From: an uncultured virus (IMG/VR IMGVR_UViG_3300008111_000060)
Taxonomy: Duplodnaviria > Heunggongvirae > Uroviricota > Caudoviricetes
IMG/VR virus record: IMGVR_UViG_3300008111_000060
Strand: one strand, 5' to 3'
Length of the DNA: 64,000 nt
The notes under the pieces were generated by a model that was given only the letters and a program-made list of their open reading frames with translations, was not told the DNA's origin and made no database searches. Shown one piece after another: positions 37,337 through 47,700 of this stretch (within the stretch, counting starts at the first letter, position 1; each line of letters opens with the position of its first letter). A program made the translations under genes and the position numbers.

Positions 37337-37915
37337 ATGAAAGTTTTCAAAGGACCGGATAAAAAAGCACCTAGATATAGACAAAGTTCTCTATCAATTT
37401 TAAATGAAGATTTGTATAATAAATATAAGTTAAAAAATCCTCATTCTAAGATTGATAATGAAAAGTTTAAAGCTATTATAGGTTCTTTTAATCAAAAACT
37501 TAGAGAAGCTGTTGTAGAAAATAGAGACGGAGTAGAATTACCTGAAGGATTAGGTTATGTTTTTCTTGGTTCTTGTAAATCTCCTAAGAAAGAAAACTTA
37601 GATTATAAAAAGTCAACAGAGCTTGGCCAATTTGTTTTAAAAAGAAATTTGAATTCTGATGGATATTTAGCTAAAATATTTTACACAAACTACGCAAGTA
37701 AATATAACTTTGCAAATAAAAAACTTTGGGCGTTTAAAGGGGCGCGAGAATTTACTAATGCTGTTTCAAAAGCTTATGCTGAGAACTGGCCAAAGTATAT
37801 TGTTGTTGAAGATTATCAGTTGGTATCTTCACTATTTAGACAAAGTACTAAAAGTTTTATTGTTAAAAAAGGAACACCAATACCAGATAATTATAACGAA
37901 TTTGATTTAGATTAA
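37337..37915 (+). CDS. IHF-like protein of the crAss-like tail module
   Basis: GVELPEGLGYVFL; position before the tail ring genes. Confidence 0.6.
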   Translation: MKVFKGPDKKAPRYRQSSLSILNEDLYNKYKLKNPHSKIDNEKFKAIIGSFNQKLREAVVENRDGVELPEGLGYVFLGSCKSPKKENLDYKKSTELGQFVLKRNLNSDGYLAKIFYTNYASKYNFANKKLWAFKGAREFTNAVSKAYAENWPKYIVVEDYQLVSSLFRQSTKSFIVKKGTPIPDNYNEFDLD

Positions 37916-37916
37916 C

Positions 37917-38588
37917 ATGACAACAATAGGCGATAGCATATCACGAGTACGCAATGTTTTAAAATCTGTAAAGGAAGATCCTTTCTTAACAGATAGATTT
38001 ATTGCTAGTGTAATATACAAATATGCAAAACTCTTAATTAAGAGACAAGATGATATAAATAAGATAATGAAGTTTCAAAGCTTATTTGAAGTATTACCTT
38101 GTCTTGAATTAATCGAGGTAGATAAAGTAGAAGCTTGTTGTGGTGGTATTAAATCTAATTGCATAATTAAGCGTACAAAAGATAAGTTGCCTGAGATACT
38201 AGAAAGTAACTTTGGACCAATCATAAGAAGCGTGACATCTATTGATGGAAGTGTAATTATGATTAGAACACAGCCAAGTACTTTTGTGTCAATGGAAAAG
38301 ACAAAAAACTTTAAATACAACAAAGAAAAATATTACTGGTATATGCAACAACATTTATATTTTCCTAATATAGAATGGGATGCTATAAGAGTTGAAGCTT
38401 TATGGGAAGGTAATCTGGATGCATATAAATGTGATACTGCAGGAGAGTGTAATGTGTATCAAGATAATCAAATTAGAATACCAGAATATTTATTTGCTGA
38501 AGTAGAGCAGATGACACTAAAAGAGTTATTAACTTTGGGTCAAGTACCTAGTGATGGTCCTGATGATAATCAAAATATACTTAGATAA
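37917..38588 (+). CDS. Tail ring/tubular protein
   Basis: Gene order; Cys cluster (EACCG...C.IKRT), YYWY...HLYF. Confidence 0.65.
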   Translation: MTTIGDSISRVRNVLKSVKEDPFLTDRFIASVIYKYAKLLIKRQDDINKIMKFQSLFEVLPCLELIEVDKVEACCGGIKSNCIIKRTKDKLPEILESNFGPIIRSVTSIDGSVIMIRTQPSTFVSMEKTKNFKYNKEKYYWYMQQHLYFPNIEWDAIRVEALWEGNLDAYKCDTAGECNVYQDNQIRIPEYLFAEVEQMTLKELLTLGQVPSDGPDDNQNILR

Positions 38589-39640
38589 TGAGCTACAATT
38601 ATACCTTAAAATATAGAACCTTTGATCAATTACTAGATGAAGTATTTGTAGATTTTCAAAACTACAATCTTCAGAATATGATCGAGCCTCATCAATTAAT
38701 CAAAGTTGCTAAAAGAGTTAACTATGATTTAGGCTTAAGAATCTTCATGACTAAGCAAGCTGTTTTAGAAGTAGAGAAAGGTAAAGCAAAATTACCAGAT
38801 GATTTCTTTGTTTTAAACTTTGCTCTTGTTTGTGATGAATACGAAGTACATGAAGCTATGCCTCAAGGTACTTGGATAGAAGATAGACCATTGATTACTC
38901 CTTACAAATCTACACCGGCATCTGTTGATTTTTGTGCAACACCAACTGTTAATTGTAGTAAGTGTTCTCCTCAGCCATGTGGTTGTAATGGAGCTCCGCT
39001 ACCTTCGTCAGCTTATGCAAGTGAAGCAACTTACAATCCAACAGAGCCTTATGGTAATTATTGTAATAAACCAAGAGTTTATTTAAATTGTAAAGGAGAA
39101 GCTTATGAACTAGTACAGATTGTAAATACACAATCAAGAATATATAAAAGATTATTTCCAATTAAGATAGTTAACAATGCAGCCAATGTAGATTGTGATT
39201 GTCCTAATCTTAATTTCTATGCTCCAGATACAGCTTGGATTAAAGATAATTTTATTTACACATCTTTTGACTGTGGTAGTTTATATATCAATTATCAAGG
39301 TATGCTAGAAGATGATGACGGCAATCTTCTTGTTCCTGATCATGATATGCTTAATGAGTATTACGAGTATGCTTTAAAACAAAGAATACTAGAAAATCTT
39401 ATTATGAATGATGAGATTACAGCTGGACAAAAACTACAATTAATAGAAAATAGATACAGGGCTGCGAGAAATCAAGCTCTTTCAATTGTTAATACTCCTA
39501 ACTTTGCAGAGATGAAACAGTTGTGGGAACTTAATAGAACAGCTCAGTATTCTAAATACTATGATATGTTTAAGAGTTTACCTTATGGTAGACCACGTTA
39601 TGGATTAAACCCTGGACCAACAATACCAAGACTTGGATAA
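38588..39640 (+). CDS. Tail tubular/ring protein with a Cys-rich insert
   Basis: KAKLPDDF, IYTSFDCGSLYINY, DDDGNLLVPD; lies immediately before the tail stabilisation gene. Confidence 0.7.
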   Translation: MSYNYTLKYRTFDQLLDEVFVDFQNYNLQNMIEPHQLIKVAKRVNYDLGLRIFMTKQAVLEVEKGKAKLPDDFFVLNFALVCDEYEVHEAMPQGTWIEDRPLITPYKSTPASVDFCATPTVNCSKCSPQPCGCNGAPLPSSAYASEATYNPTEPYGNYCNKPRVYLNCKGEAYELVQIVNTQSRIYKRLFPIKIVNNAANVDCDCPNLNFYAPDTAWIKDNFIYTSFDCGSLYINYQGMLEDDDGNLLVPDHDMLNEYYEYALKQRILENLIMNDEITAGQKLQLIENRYRAARNQALSIVNTPNFAEMKQLWELNRTAQYSKYYDMFKSLPYGRPRYGLNPGPTIPRLG

Positions 39641-42600
39641 TGGCTAAAGATAATTTTTCACAAAATACATCAAACTCTGAAACAAGAAGGTTTGATAAAT
39701 CATTAGTAGAAGATGTTAATGATTTTCACTTGCCCGAGAACTCTTGGACACAAGCAAGAAATGCTATAAGCAATTCGGTAACAGGTGACTTGGGTAAACT
39801 TGGTAATGAACCAGGAAATAGATTTTGTACAAAAGCGCCTTATCCTATTATAGGAGCTATTCATCTTAATGCTGATAAGTGGGCTATATTTTCTACAGAT
39901 AATACTAATTCTGAAATAGGTATATATGAAGAAAAAGTTTGTTCTTATACTAAGGTAGTAAATGCTTCTTGCTTAAATTTTAATCAGGCTAATCTTATAA
40001 AAGGTGTATCAAGATATACTAGTAATTGTTCTTTTAGAGTTTACTGGGATGATGGTTTAAATCCTTCTAGAGTATTAGATCTTAATGATGTACCTTGGGT
40101 ACAAATTTGTCTTGATGAAAATCAAATAGATGTTAATAATGCTCCTGCTAATTATGATCCTGTTGGATGTATTACTTGTACAGACACAGAAGAATTAGAT
40201 TGTGAAAGAACAAGATTAGCAATGAGAATGATACCACCTTGTTACAATATACAAAAAGGTACAAATGGTGGGACATTAGCTAATGGTATGTACATAGTAA
40301 CCATGGCTTATACTATAGATGGAGAAAGAGTAAGTGATTATTTTCCTTTATCTAATCAACAACCTTTATATAATCATACTAATGTTGCTGGTTCTATTGA
40401 TATTATTATTGGTGATACTGATGATAATTTTGATGAAGTGGAAGTTGTAGTAATCTACATCGTTGCTCAACAAACTGTTGCTAGAAGAGTTGGTATTTAT
40501 AGTACTAAGCAAAAAAGAATATCTATAGATATTATTAATCCTGAATGGCCAGTTGTTCCAATAGAAAATATACCGTTTAGAACTACTATATACAATCAAA
40601 GTGATGCGATGTATAATGTTAATGATTACCTAATAAGAGTTGGTCCTAAATCAAAATTTGATTTTAACTATCAACCTTTAGCTAATCAGATTGTAACTAA
40701 GTGGTCAGCTGCAGAATATCCTGCAGATTACTACAAGAATGGTGGATCTAATACAGGATACATGCGCGATGAAGTGTATGCTTTTTTTATTAGATGGATA
40801 TATGATACTGGAGATAAATCAGCTTCTTATCATATACCGGGCAGACCATCTTTACCAGGAGAAAAAAATCTAGCTGTTACAGATTCTTTATCAGATGAAA
40901 CAGCTGGACCTAATCCTTTTAACTATAAGTGGTTAGTTGAAAATACAGCTTATCCAGATCCTAGTTTTGTTCCATCACAACTACCAGATGGTGGTTGGGA
41001 AGTAGCTGCAGGCTACATGGGATATTGGGAATCTACAGAAGAGTATCCAGATAATAAAGCAGATGTGTGGAATGCGAGTGCTCACTGTTGGTCATCTTTA
41101 AGTCCTAGTCCTCCTTGTCCAGTAGTAAGTGCCCCGTCTATACCTTATTCTGGAACAGCTAATGGTTTATCTGATTATGATCTTTGTGGAGAAAAAGTAA
41201 GACATCACAAGTTTCCCGATAACTATATCAATTTTACAAATCCTGCTTCTAATCACTATGCATCAGGTTCTGCTTATTTTCAAGGCCCTGTTATTAGAAT
41301 AATGGGAGTAAAGTTTGAAAACATATTGCCACCAGTAGATAATAATGGTGTTGCTATTCCAAACATTGTAGGATACGAAATACTAAGAGGAACAAGAACT
41401 GGTAATAGAAGTGTTTTATTCAAAGGTATTATAAACAACATGCGTGTTTATACACTTGAATCAGGTTCTAATAGAACAGGTTTGTTTGCTAATTATCCTT
41501 ACAATGATTTAAGACCAGATCCATTTTTATCTAATACTAGAACAAGTAATGTACCTTGCTTCTTTGGTTTATTTAATGGTGGAGAAAATGGTTACGATCC
41601 ACAAATAGCTTATAGAAAAGATATATTTTCTTTTCATTCACCAGATACAAATTATGATAATCCTTATCTATCAGGTAAAGAGTTAAAAGTATATTCTAAT
41701 ATATATGGTACTACTACCGGTAAGTTTGAATATTCTGAAAAACATCCTAAACATAAGATAATATCAAACAGTGCTCTTATTGTTTCTTTTCTAGTAGGTT
41801 TAGTTTTAACATCAAAAAAATTAAATGGTGATAAAAAAATAACTTATACAACACCTCATACTTCAGGGTTTATTGATGGTGGTGTGGAACCTGTAACTGG
41901 AGGTTTGTATGGAGCATTAAATCCTGCAATATATGCTTGGTATAATGTTGCTGATGCTGCTCAAAGTTTAATGGCTGGTTTAACACAAACAGCAAATACT
42001 GTTTATAACTCAGGTTTAACTAACATAGTACAAAATGTTGGAGGTCTTTCTGGTACAACAACTTTTTTACAAGCTGTAAGATTAGCAAATGTTATTCCTT
42101 CTGTAGCTGGTGCACCTTTTTTAAATGGTGATCCTTTTGTTATTGAATTAGGAGATGGTTTATATGATTCTTTTTCAGCTGTTGGTTTAGTACCACCTTT
42201 CTCAGCAATACAATATTTATATAACTTATCAGAGAATGCTCAGATTGTATTAGATCTTATTAAAGCATTTTTAACACCTAGACAATATGCATTAAAATAT
42301 AATTCTCATTGTTTTTATTCAGCTAGTGCTCCACCTCCATCAGCAGGTAATCGTAGAAAAAGTATTATTAATCAACAATACATAGGACCATCTTATGTAG
42401 ACTTTGGAACATCTTTTAGAATAAACAATCTATATAGGGCTAACTATGTTGTATTACAAACCGATACAAATATTACAAATCCATCTATAGTAGATGACAC
42501 TAGAAAAAGAGTATATGATGTTCCAGCTTTAGCTGAAGGACCAGATAACTTTTTCAATGTACCTAGAGTAAAAGATCCTGTTGCAAAAGAATTTAATACA

Positions 42601-44784
42601 ACATCTTCTTGTTACTATGTTGGTTATAAACAAAGAATAAGAAATCAATATGGTCAAGTAAATACTGTTAAACAAGTACCAGTAACTACATGTTACCAAA
42701 GAAGAAGAAATATATCAAAATCAGATGTTCTTTTTAATGGTGATGTTTATATTGGTAGACACACTGAAAAAAATACTTTTTTCTTTTTCTATGAATGGTT
42801 ATTTGAACAACCAGATTTTTTTGAGTTTAATTATCTAGAACATAGAATGGTAGGTTTTCCAAGATATTGGTTAGATACTACTAGTTATGAGATAACAGAT
42901 TTTACAGGTGGATTGTTTGGATTAATCACAACATTAAATCTTAACTCTGCATCATTAGGAGGAATACTTCCTTCAGGATTATATAATCTTGATGAAAGTA
43001 CTTGCGCTTTTGCATCAGGTTTAGATGAATTAAACTTTGCTGTTAAGTATCAATATTTCTACTTGTTCTCATCTGGCGTAAGAGACTTCTTTGTAGAATC
43101 AGAAATCAATGTTGATTTTAGAGATTATGGTGAATTAGATACCGAGTATTTCTACCCGATTAGAGAGATTAAAGATTTATTTAATACTAGTATTATTAAA
43201 TCAGGAAACTTCTTTAAATATGATAGAAGCTTTACAATGTCAAAAAACTTTATAGCTTATGTATCATGGGGAGATTGTCAAGAGAGATCTTATGATCCAC
43301 AATTATCAGAGACATGTTATGTATATGATCCTAATGAAATAATATATTCTTTACCAGCTAATCAAGAAGCTGATAAAGATTACTGGTTATATTTCTTAGC
43401 AAACAACTATGAGAAATTTTTATCGCGACCTAGTTGTATAAAACCTATTGATAAAAGCGGAGCTGTAATATTTTTTGAAAACGGTTCTCCTCTAATCTTT
43501 AGAGGATTAGATCAATTACAAACTACATCTGGTACAGCTTTAACTATAGGTGACGGTGCATTGTTTTCACAGCCTCGTCAAAATGTAGTAAATGCTGATA
43601 GGCCATACGAATATGGTTCTTGTCAAGATAGATTGAGTGTTATTACTACACCGGTTGGAACATATTGGATATCACAAAGTTTAGGAAAAGTTTTTGCTTT
43701 AGTTGATGGTATCCAGGAACTATCCAATGCTAATATGAAATGGTGGTTTGCTGAATACTTACCTTATAAGTTAATTAAAGATTTTCCAAACTTTGCTTTA
43801 ACAGAAAACCCTTTTATTGGTATAGGTTGTCAATCGATTTATGATAATGAGAACCAAATATTATATTTTACTAAAAAGGATTATAAATTAAGGACTGATT
43901 TACCTGCGAGTACAACAATTACTTATAAGGAGAAGAACATCTTTAATATTGTTGTAGATGGTCAAATATTAGCTACTACTACTTTACAAGATCCACAATA
44001 TTTTGAAGATGCTTCTTGGACAGTTAGTTATGATCCAAAGCTTCAAGCTTTTATATCATATCATGATTGGCATCCAGATCTTCTTCTACCTGGTAAAAAT
44101 ACTTTCATGAGTATTAAAAATATCAATGCTAATCCTAATGTTGAGAATGGTATTTGGATACATAATGAAAGAGTAGATTTATATTGTAACTACTATGGCA
44201 TAGATTATCCTTTTGAGATAGAGTGGAATGTGCATACTGGTCCAATAGTAAACTCTTTAAGAAGTGTTGAGTATATTATGGAAGTATTTATCTATGCAGA
44301 AAATCGCTATGATAGATACCATGTTTTAGATTTCAACTTTGATGAAGCTACTATTTATAATACAGAACAGTGCTCTGGATTACTTAAGTTAAACTTAACA
44401 CCTAAGAATAACTCAGCTAAAATATTACAATATCCTCAAGTAGGAACAAATAATATTCAGATACTTTATTCTAAGGAAGAAAACAAATATCGCTTTAATC
44501 AGTTTTGGGATATTACAGATAGCCGCGGCGAGTTTCCTATTAATTCTCCGTATCCACCTACTACAATGACAGGTACATTTGCTGAAAGATTAATATTTAA
44601 TACACAAGCTAATGGCTATGTAAGAATACTAAATCCTAATAATTTAAATTACAATAAAAATCAATTGCAAAGAAAAAAGTTTAGACATTATACTAACTTA
44701 GTACTTTTGCGTAGATTAGTATGCGGTAATAAAAAAATGATGGTAATGTTAGCTTCAAATAAAAATCTTTATTCTCCTAGATAA
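39640..44784 (+). CDS. Tail stabilisation / muzzle (nozzle) protein, 1714 aa
   Basis: GNEPGN, VYWDDGLNPSR, GYMRDEVYAF, VRHHKFP and WTVSYD...FISYHDW motifs typical of crAss-like tail stabilisation proteins. Confidence 0.8.
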   Translation: MAKDNFSQNTSNSETRRFDKSLVEDVNDFHLPENSWTQARNAISNSVTGDLGKLGNEPGNRFCTKAPYPIIGAIHLNADKWAIFSTDNTNSEIGIYEEKVCSYTKVVNASCLNFNQANLIKGVSRYTSNCSFRVYWDDGLNPSRVLDLNDVPWVQICLDENQIDVNNAPANYDPVGCITCTDTEELDCERTRLAMRMIPPCYNIQKGTNGGTLANGMYIVTMAYTIDGERVSDYFPLSNQQPLYNHTNVAGSIDIIIGDTDDNFDEVEVVVIYIVAQQTVARRVGIYSTKQKRISIDIINPEWPVVPIENIPFRTTIYNQSDAMYNVNDYLIRVGPKSKFDFNYQPLANQIVTKWSAAEYPADYYKNGGSNTGYMRDEVYAFFIRWIYDTGDKSASYHIPGRPSLPGEKNLAVTDSLSDETAGPNPFNYKWLVENTAYPDPSFVPSQLPDGGWEVAAGYMGYWESTEEYPDNKADVWNASAHCWSSLSPSPPCPVVSAPSIPYSGTANGLSDYDLCGEKVRHHKFPDNYINFTNPASNHYASGSAYFQGPVIRIMGVKFENILPPVDNNGVAIPNIVGYEILRGTRTGNRSVLFKGIINNMRVYTLESGSNRTGLFANYPYNDLRPDPFLSNTRTSNVPCFFGLFNGGENGYDPQIAYRKDIFSFHSPDTNYDNPYLSGKELKVYSNIYGTTTGKFEYSEKHPKHKIISNSALIVSFLVGLVLTSKKLNGDKKITYTTPHTSGFIDGGVEPVTGGLYGALNPAIYAWYNVADAAQSLMAGLTQTANTVYNSGLTNIVQNVGGLSGTTTFLQAVRLANVIPSVAGAPFLNGDPFVIELGDGLYDSFSAVGLVPPFSAIQYLYNLSENAQIVLDLIKAFLTPRQYALKYNSHCFYSASAPPPSAGNRRKSIINQQYIGPSYVDFGTSFRINNLYRANYVVLQTDTNITNPSIVDDTRKRVYDVPALAEGPDNFFNVPRVKDPVAKEFNTTSSCYYVGYKQRIRNQYGQVNTVKQVPVTTCYQRRRNISKSDVLFNGDVYIGRHTEKNTFFFFYEWLFEQPDFFEFNYLEHRMVGFPRYWLDTTSYEITDFTGGLFGLITTLNLNSASLGGILPSGLYNLDESTCAFASGLDELNFAVKYQYFYLFSSGVRDFFVESEINVDFRDYGELDTEYFYPIREIKDLFNTSIIKSGNFFKYDRSFTMSKNFIAYVSWGDCQERSYDPQLSETCYVYDPNEIIYSLPANQEADKDYWLYFLANNYEKFLSRPSCIKPIDKSGAVIFFENGSPLIFRGLDQLQTTSGTALTIGDGALFSQPRQNVVNADRPYEYGSCQDRLSVITTPVGTYWISQSLGKVFALVDGIQELSNANMKWWFAEYLPYKLIKDFPNFALTENPFIGIGCQSIYDNENQILYFTKKDYKLRTDLPASTTITYKEKNIFNIVVDGQILATTTLQDPQYFEDASWTVSYDPKLQAFISYHDWHPDLLLPGKNTFMSIKNINANPNVENGIWIHNERVDLYCNYYGIDYPFEIEWNVHTGPIVNSLRSVEYIMEVFIYAENRYDRYHVLDFNFDEATIYNTEQCSGLLKLNLTPKNNSAKILQYPQVGTNNIQILYSKEENKYRFNQFWDITDSRGEFPINSPYPPTTMTGTFAERLIFNTQANGYVRILNPNNLNYNKNQLQRKKFRHYTNLVLLRRLVCGNKKMMVMLASNKNLYSPR

Positions 44785-47700
44785 TGAAAAAGAAAAATAC
44801 AGGCTGGTTAGATAAATATGAGGATGGTGGTAAAACAATAATGCATCATCCTAAGAAAACAGTATTTAATCCTAATACTGGAGAATATACTTTACCAGAA
44901 GTGGTAATCAAACCAAAAAAATATACTGATGCTGAAGCAGATGCTACAAGTAAAAAACCATGGGGTGAAATGGCATATAAAGAAAGAGTTGCTTATTTAG
45001 ATGCTAAAGAAAAAAATAAAAATAAAACTATAACAAAAGCTCAAGCTGAAACATGGGCTAAAGAAGCAGAAGCTAAATCTAGAGAACAAGCTAAAAAAGA
45101 ATATGCTAAAGAATATGTTCAGCAGAGCATGCAAGATTTTTATAAGCATCCTATAGCTATGGCTCCAGGAATGATATTTGGTTCTACAATAGCTCCAGCT
45201 CTTGGTGCAATAGCTTCTTTACCACAAGCTTATGAATCAGGTAAAAATATTGCACAAGGTGATGGTTCTTTTATGGATTATGCTAATCTTGCTCTAGCAG
45301 CTGCTGGTGCTAAAGGAGCTATACCAAAGATTGCAAACCCTGTTAAATCATATGTGCAAGATGTAGCATATGCTAGTAAAGTAGCAGGTAAACCTAAGTT
45401 ACCAACTTATACAAATGCTATAAGATGGCAACCAGATGTATTTCCTAATAGTCTTGTTGAAGCAGGAAAAACACTTTCACCTGAGCAACAAGCTTTAACT
45501 GGTAGTTGGTATAGTTACGCAGATAGACCTGATCAACTAGGGTTTTATATGAGTACAAGACCGGGTTCTGGTAATATAAATACTTTGCGTTTATCAGAAA
45601 GAGAAATTGCTGAGCTAGAAGGAGCAATGCCAGATTATGCAAAGGGTATGTCGGGTAAAGCCGAGAGTGTCCCTACATCCGATAGTTATATGAAAGGAGA
45701 GCTAATAGTTCCTAAAAATATAAGAACCAAGGCAAAACAAATAAGATTTGATGTAAATCCTTCCGAGTATATTCCACAATCTAAAGGTGTTTATCCTGGA
45801 ATGTTTTTTGGCGCAGATGAATATGCGCAATCGCTCACAGGAAGACATGTTCAAGATATTATAAATTCTCAATATCCTAATTTAATGAAAATTCCTAGAA
45901 AGTATTTTCCATTTGAATACGGAGGTTGGTTACAAAAATATGATAGAGGAGGTGATCCTGAGACACCGCCAAAAACTAGTCTTTCACCAGAAGCTTTTGA
46001 ACAGCAATACATAGATAATCTTAAAAGAAGATTAGATCTTGCTAATCTTATAGAAAAAGAAAAAAAAGCAGTTGCTGCTATAAGAGCTAACTTTGTTCCT
46101 ACAGCAAAAAAAATTGATGAAGCAGATGATAAAATACTTAGAGAACAAGGTATACCTTATCAGCATTTTTTGAAAATGAGAGCTGCTAAAAATCCTGAAG
46201 AGTTACGCAAATTGATTAATACAGCTCCTCAAGAATTAAAATATGTATTACCAGATAATGGAAATTTTAATATTGCTCAATGGGATAAAAAAACTAATTC
46301 TTGGAATCCTCAGCAAACTCCAGCTAGAGAATTATATTGTGCAGGTGAAACTTGTACAGTGCTTAGAAAAGCAGGTGCTAAAGATATTCCTATAATTGGA
46401 GGCAATGTTACTTTTATAGGCAAAGTTCAAAAAGGTGAATTACCATTTGCTAAAGTTAATCCTGATGAAGCAGAACCTGGAGATCTAGCCGTTGTACATG
46501 GATTAGCTCCAGCAGTATACACAGATGAAAATTCTCCTATTGTAAACAGAGGTCATCATATGACTTTATTAGCAAAAAAACCTATATTAGATGCTAAAAA
46601 AAATGCTCAAAAAATAGAAGCTTATAATGCAGTTGAAGGAAACAGATTATTTTATGGGTTATCAGAAAGAACAGCTGGCGGAGATGATGATGAACACTAT
46701 ACATTTTATAGATATACAGGAGCTGTACCAAAATATGAAAAAGAGTTAGCGGATATACAAGAATATTTTAAAAACACAAGATTACCAGATATGCAACCAA
46801 TTCAATCAAGATTACCACAAGCACCTGAGCCTGAATTAAAAAGAGAAGGAGGCTGGCTAGATAAGTATGATAATAAATATAAAAGAGGTGGAAGTAAATC
46901 CAAATCTAAATTTACATCAAAGAATATTCAATCTAGTATAAATACATTGTTTGCTAGAAACTATGATTTGTTTGGACCTAGTGGTAAAAAATATTATAAT
47001 CCACTTTCTAAATTTGATGATGGTGGACAACCGGTATTTGATCCTACTACAGGGATGTATACTTTACCAGAAGTAACTATTGAAGCTGAAGCACCTGAGT
47101 GGAGTGATTTATCTCAAGAATATGAAAGAACAAATCCTTTACAAGCTTTTGTAAGAGGAAGAAAAGAAGATGTTATAAGACAATCTCCAAGAGGTTTAAA
47201 TAAACTTTTTGGTGTAAATCCTTCTCAGTTTGCATCTAGTATAGAAAACAATATAGCAAATGAATATGACTATCTTAAGAATACCGCTATCATAGAAGGA
47301 ATAGCTAAGAGTCGTGGAATTGATTTATCAGAAAGAGGAGACTGGGTAGATCAATTATCAAACAAAGAAAAAGAAATATTAGCTAATTCAAAATATGAAA
47401 CTCTTCTTCAACCAAGTTTTTATGCAAAGAGTTTAGCAGGTTTACAAGAACTAGCTGGTTATATGCCGGGTACTTTACCTAATAAATATGCACCATTAAC
47501 TCCAGGTTTAACAAAAAGAGAACAAGAAGAAATACACAATGAAAAGTTTTTAGGAGTTCCTACTGGAGCACTTAATGCTTTTCAATTTATGGATGTCCCT
47601 GGCCAAGCTATTGCTAATGTTCTAAAAAATAGAGGTTTATCTACAGGGTCAGATTACAGAGATATACCTGGTGTATTATCAGGTAAATCTATGGGTAATG

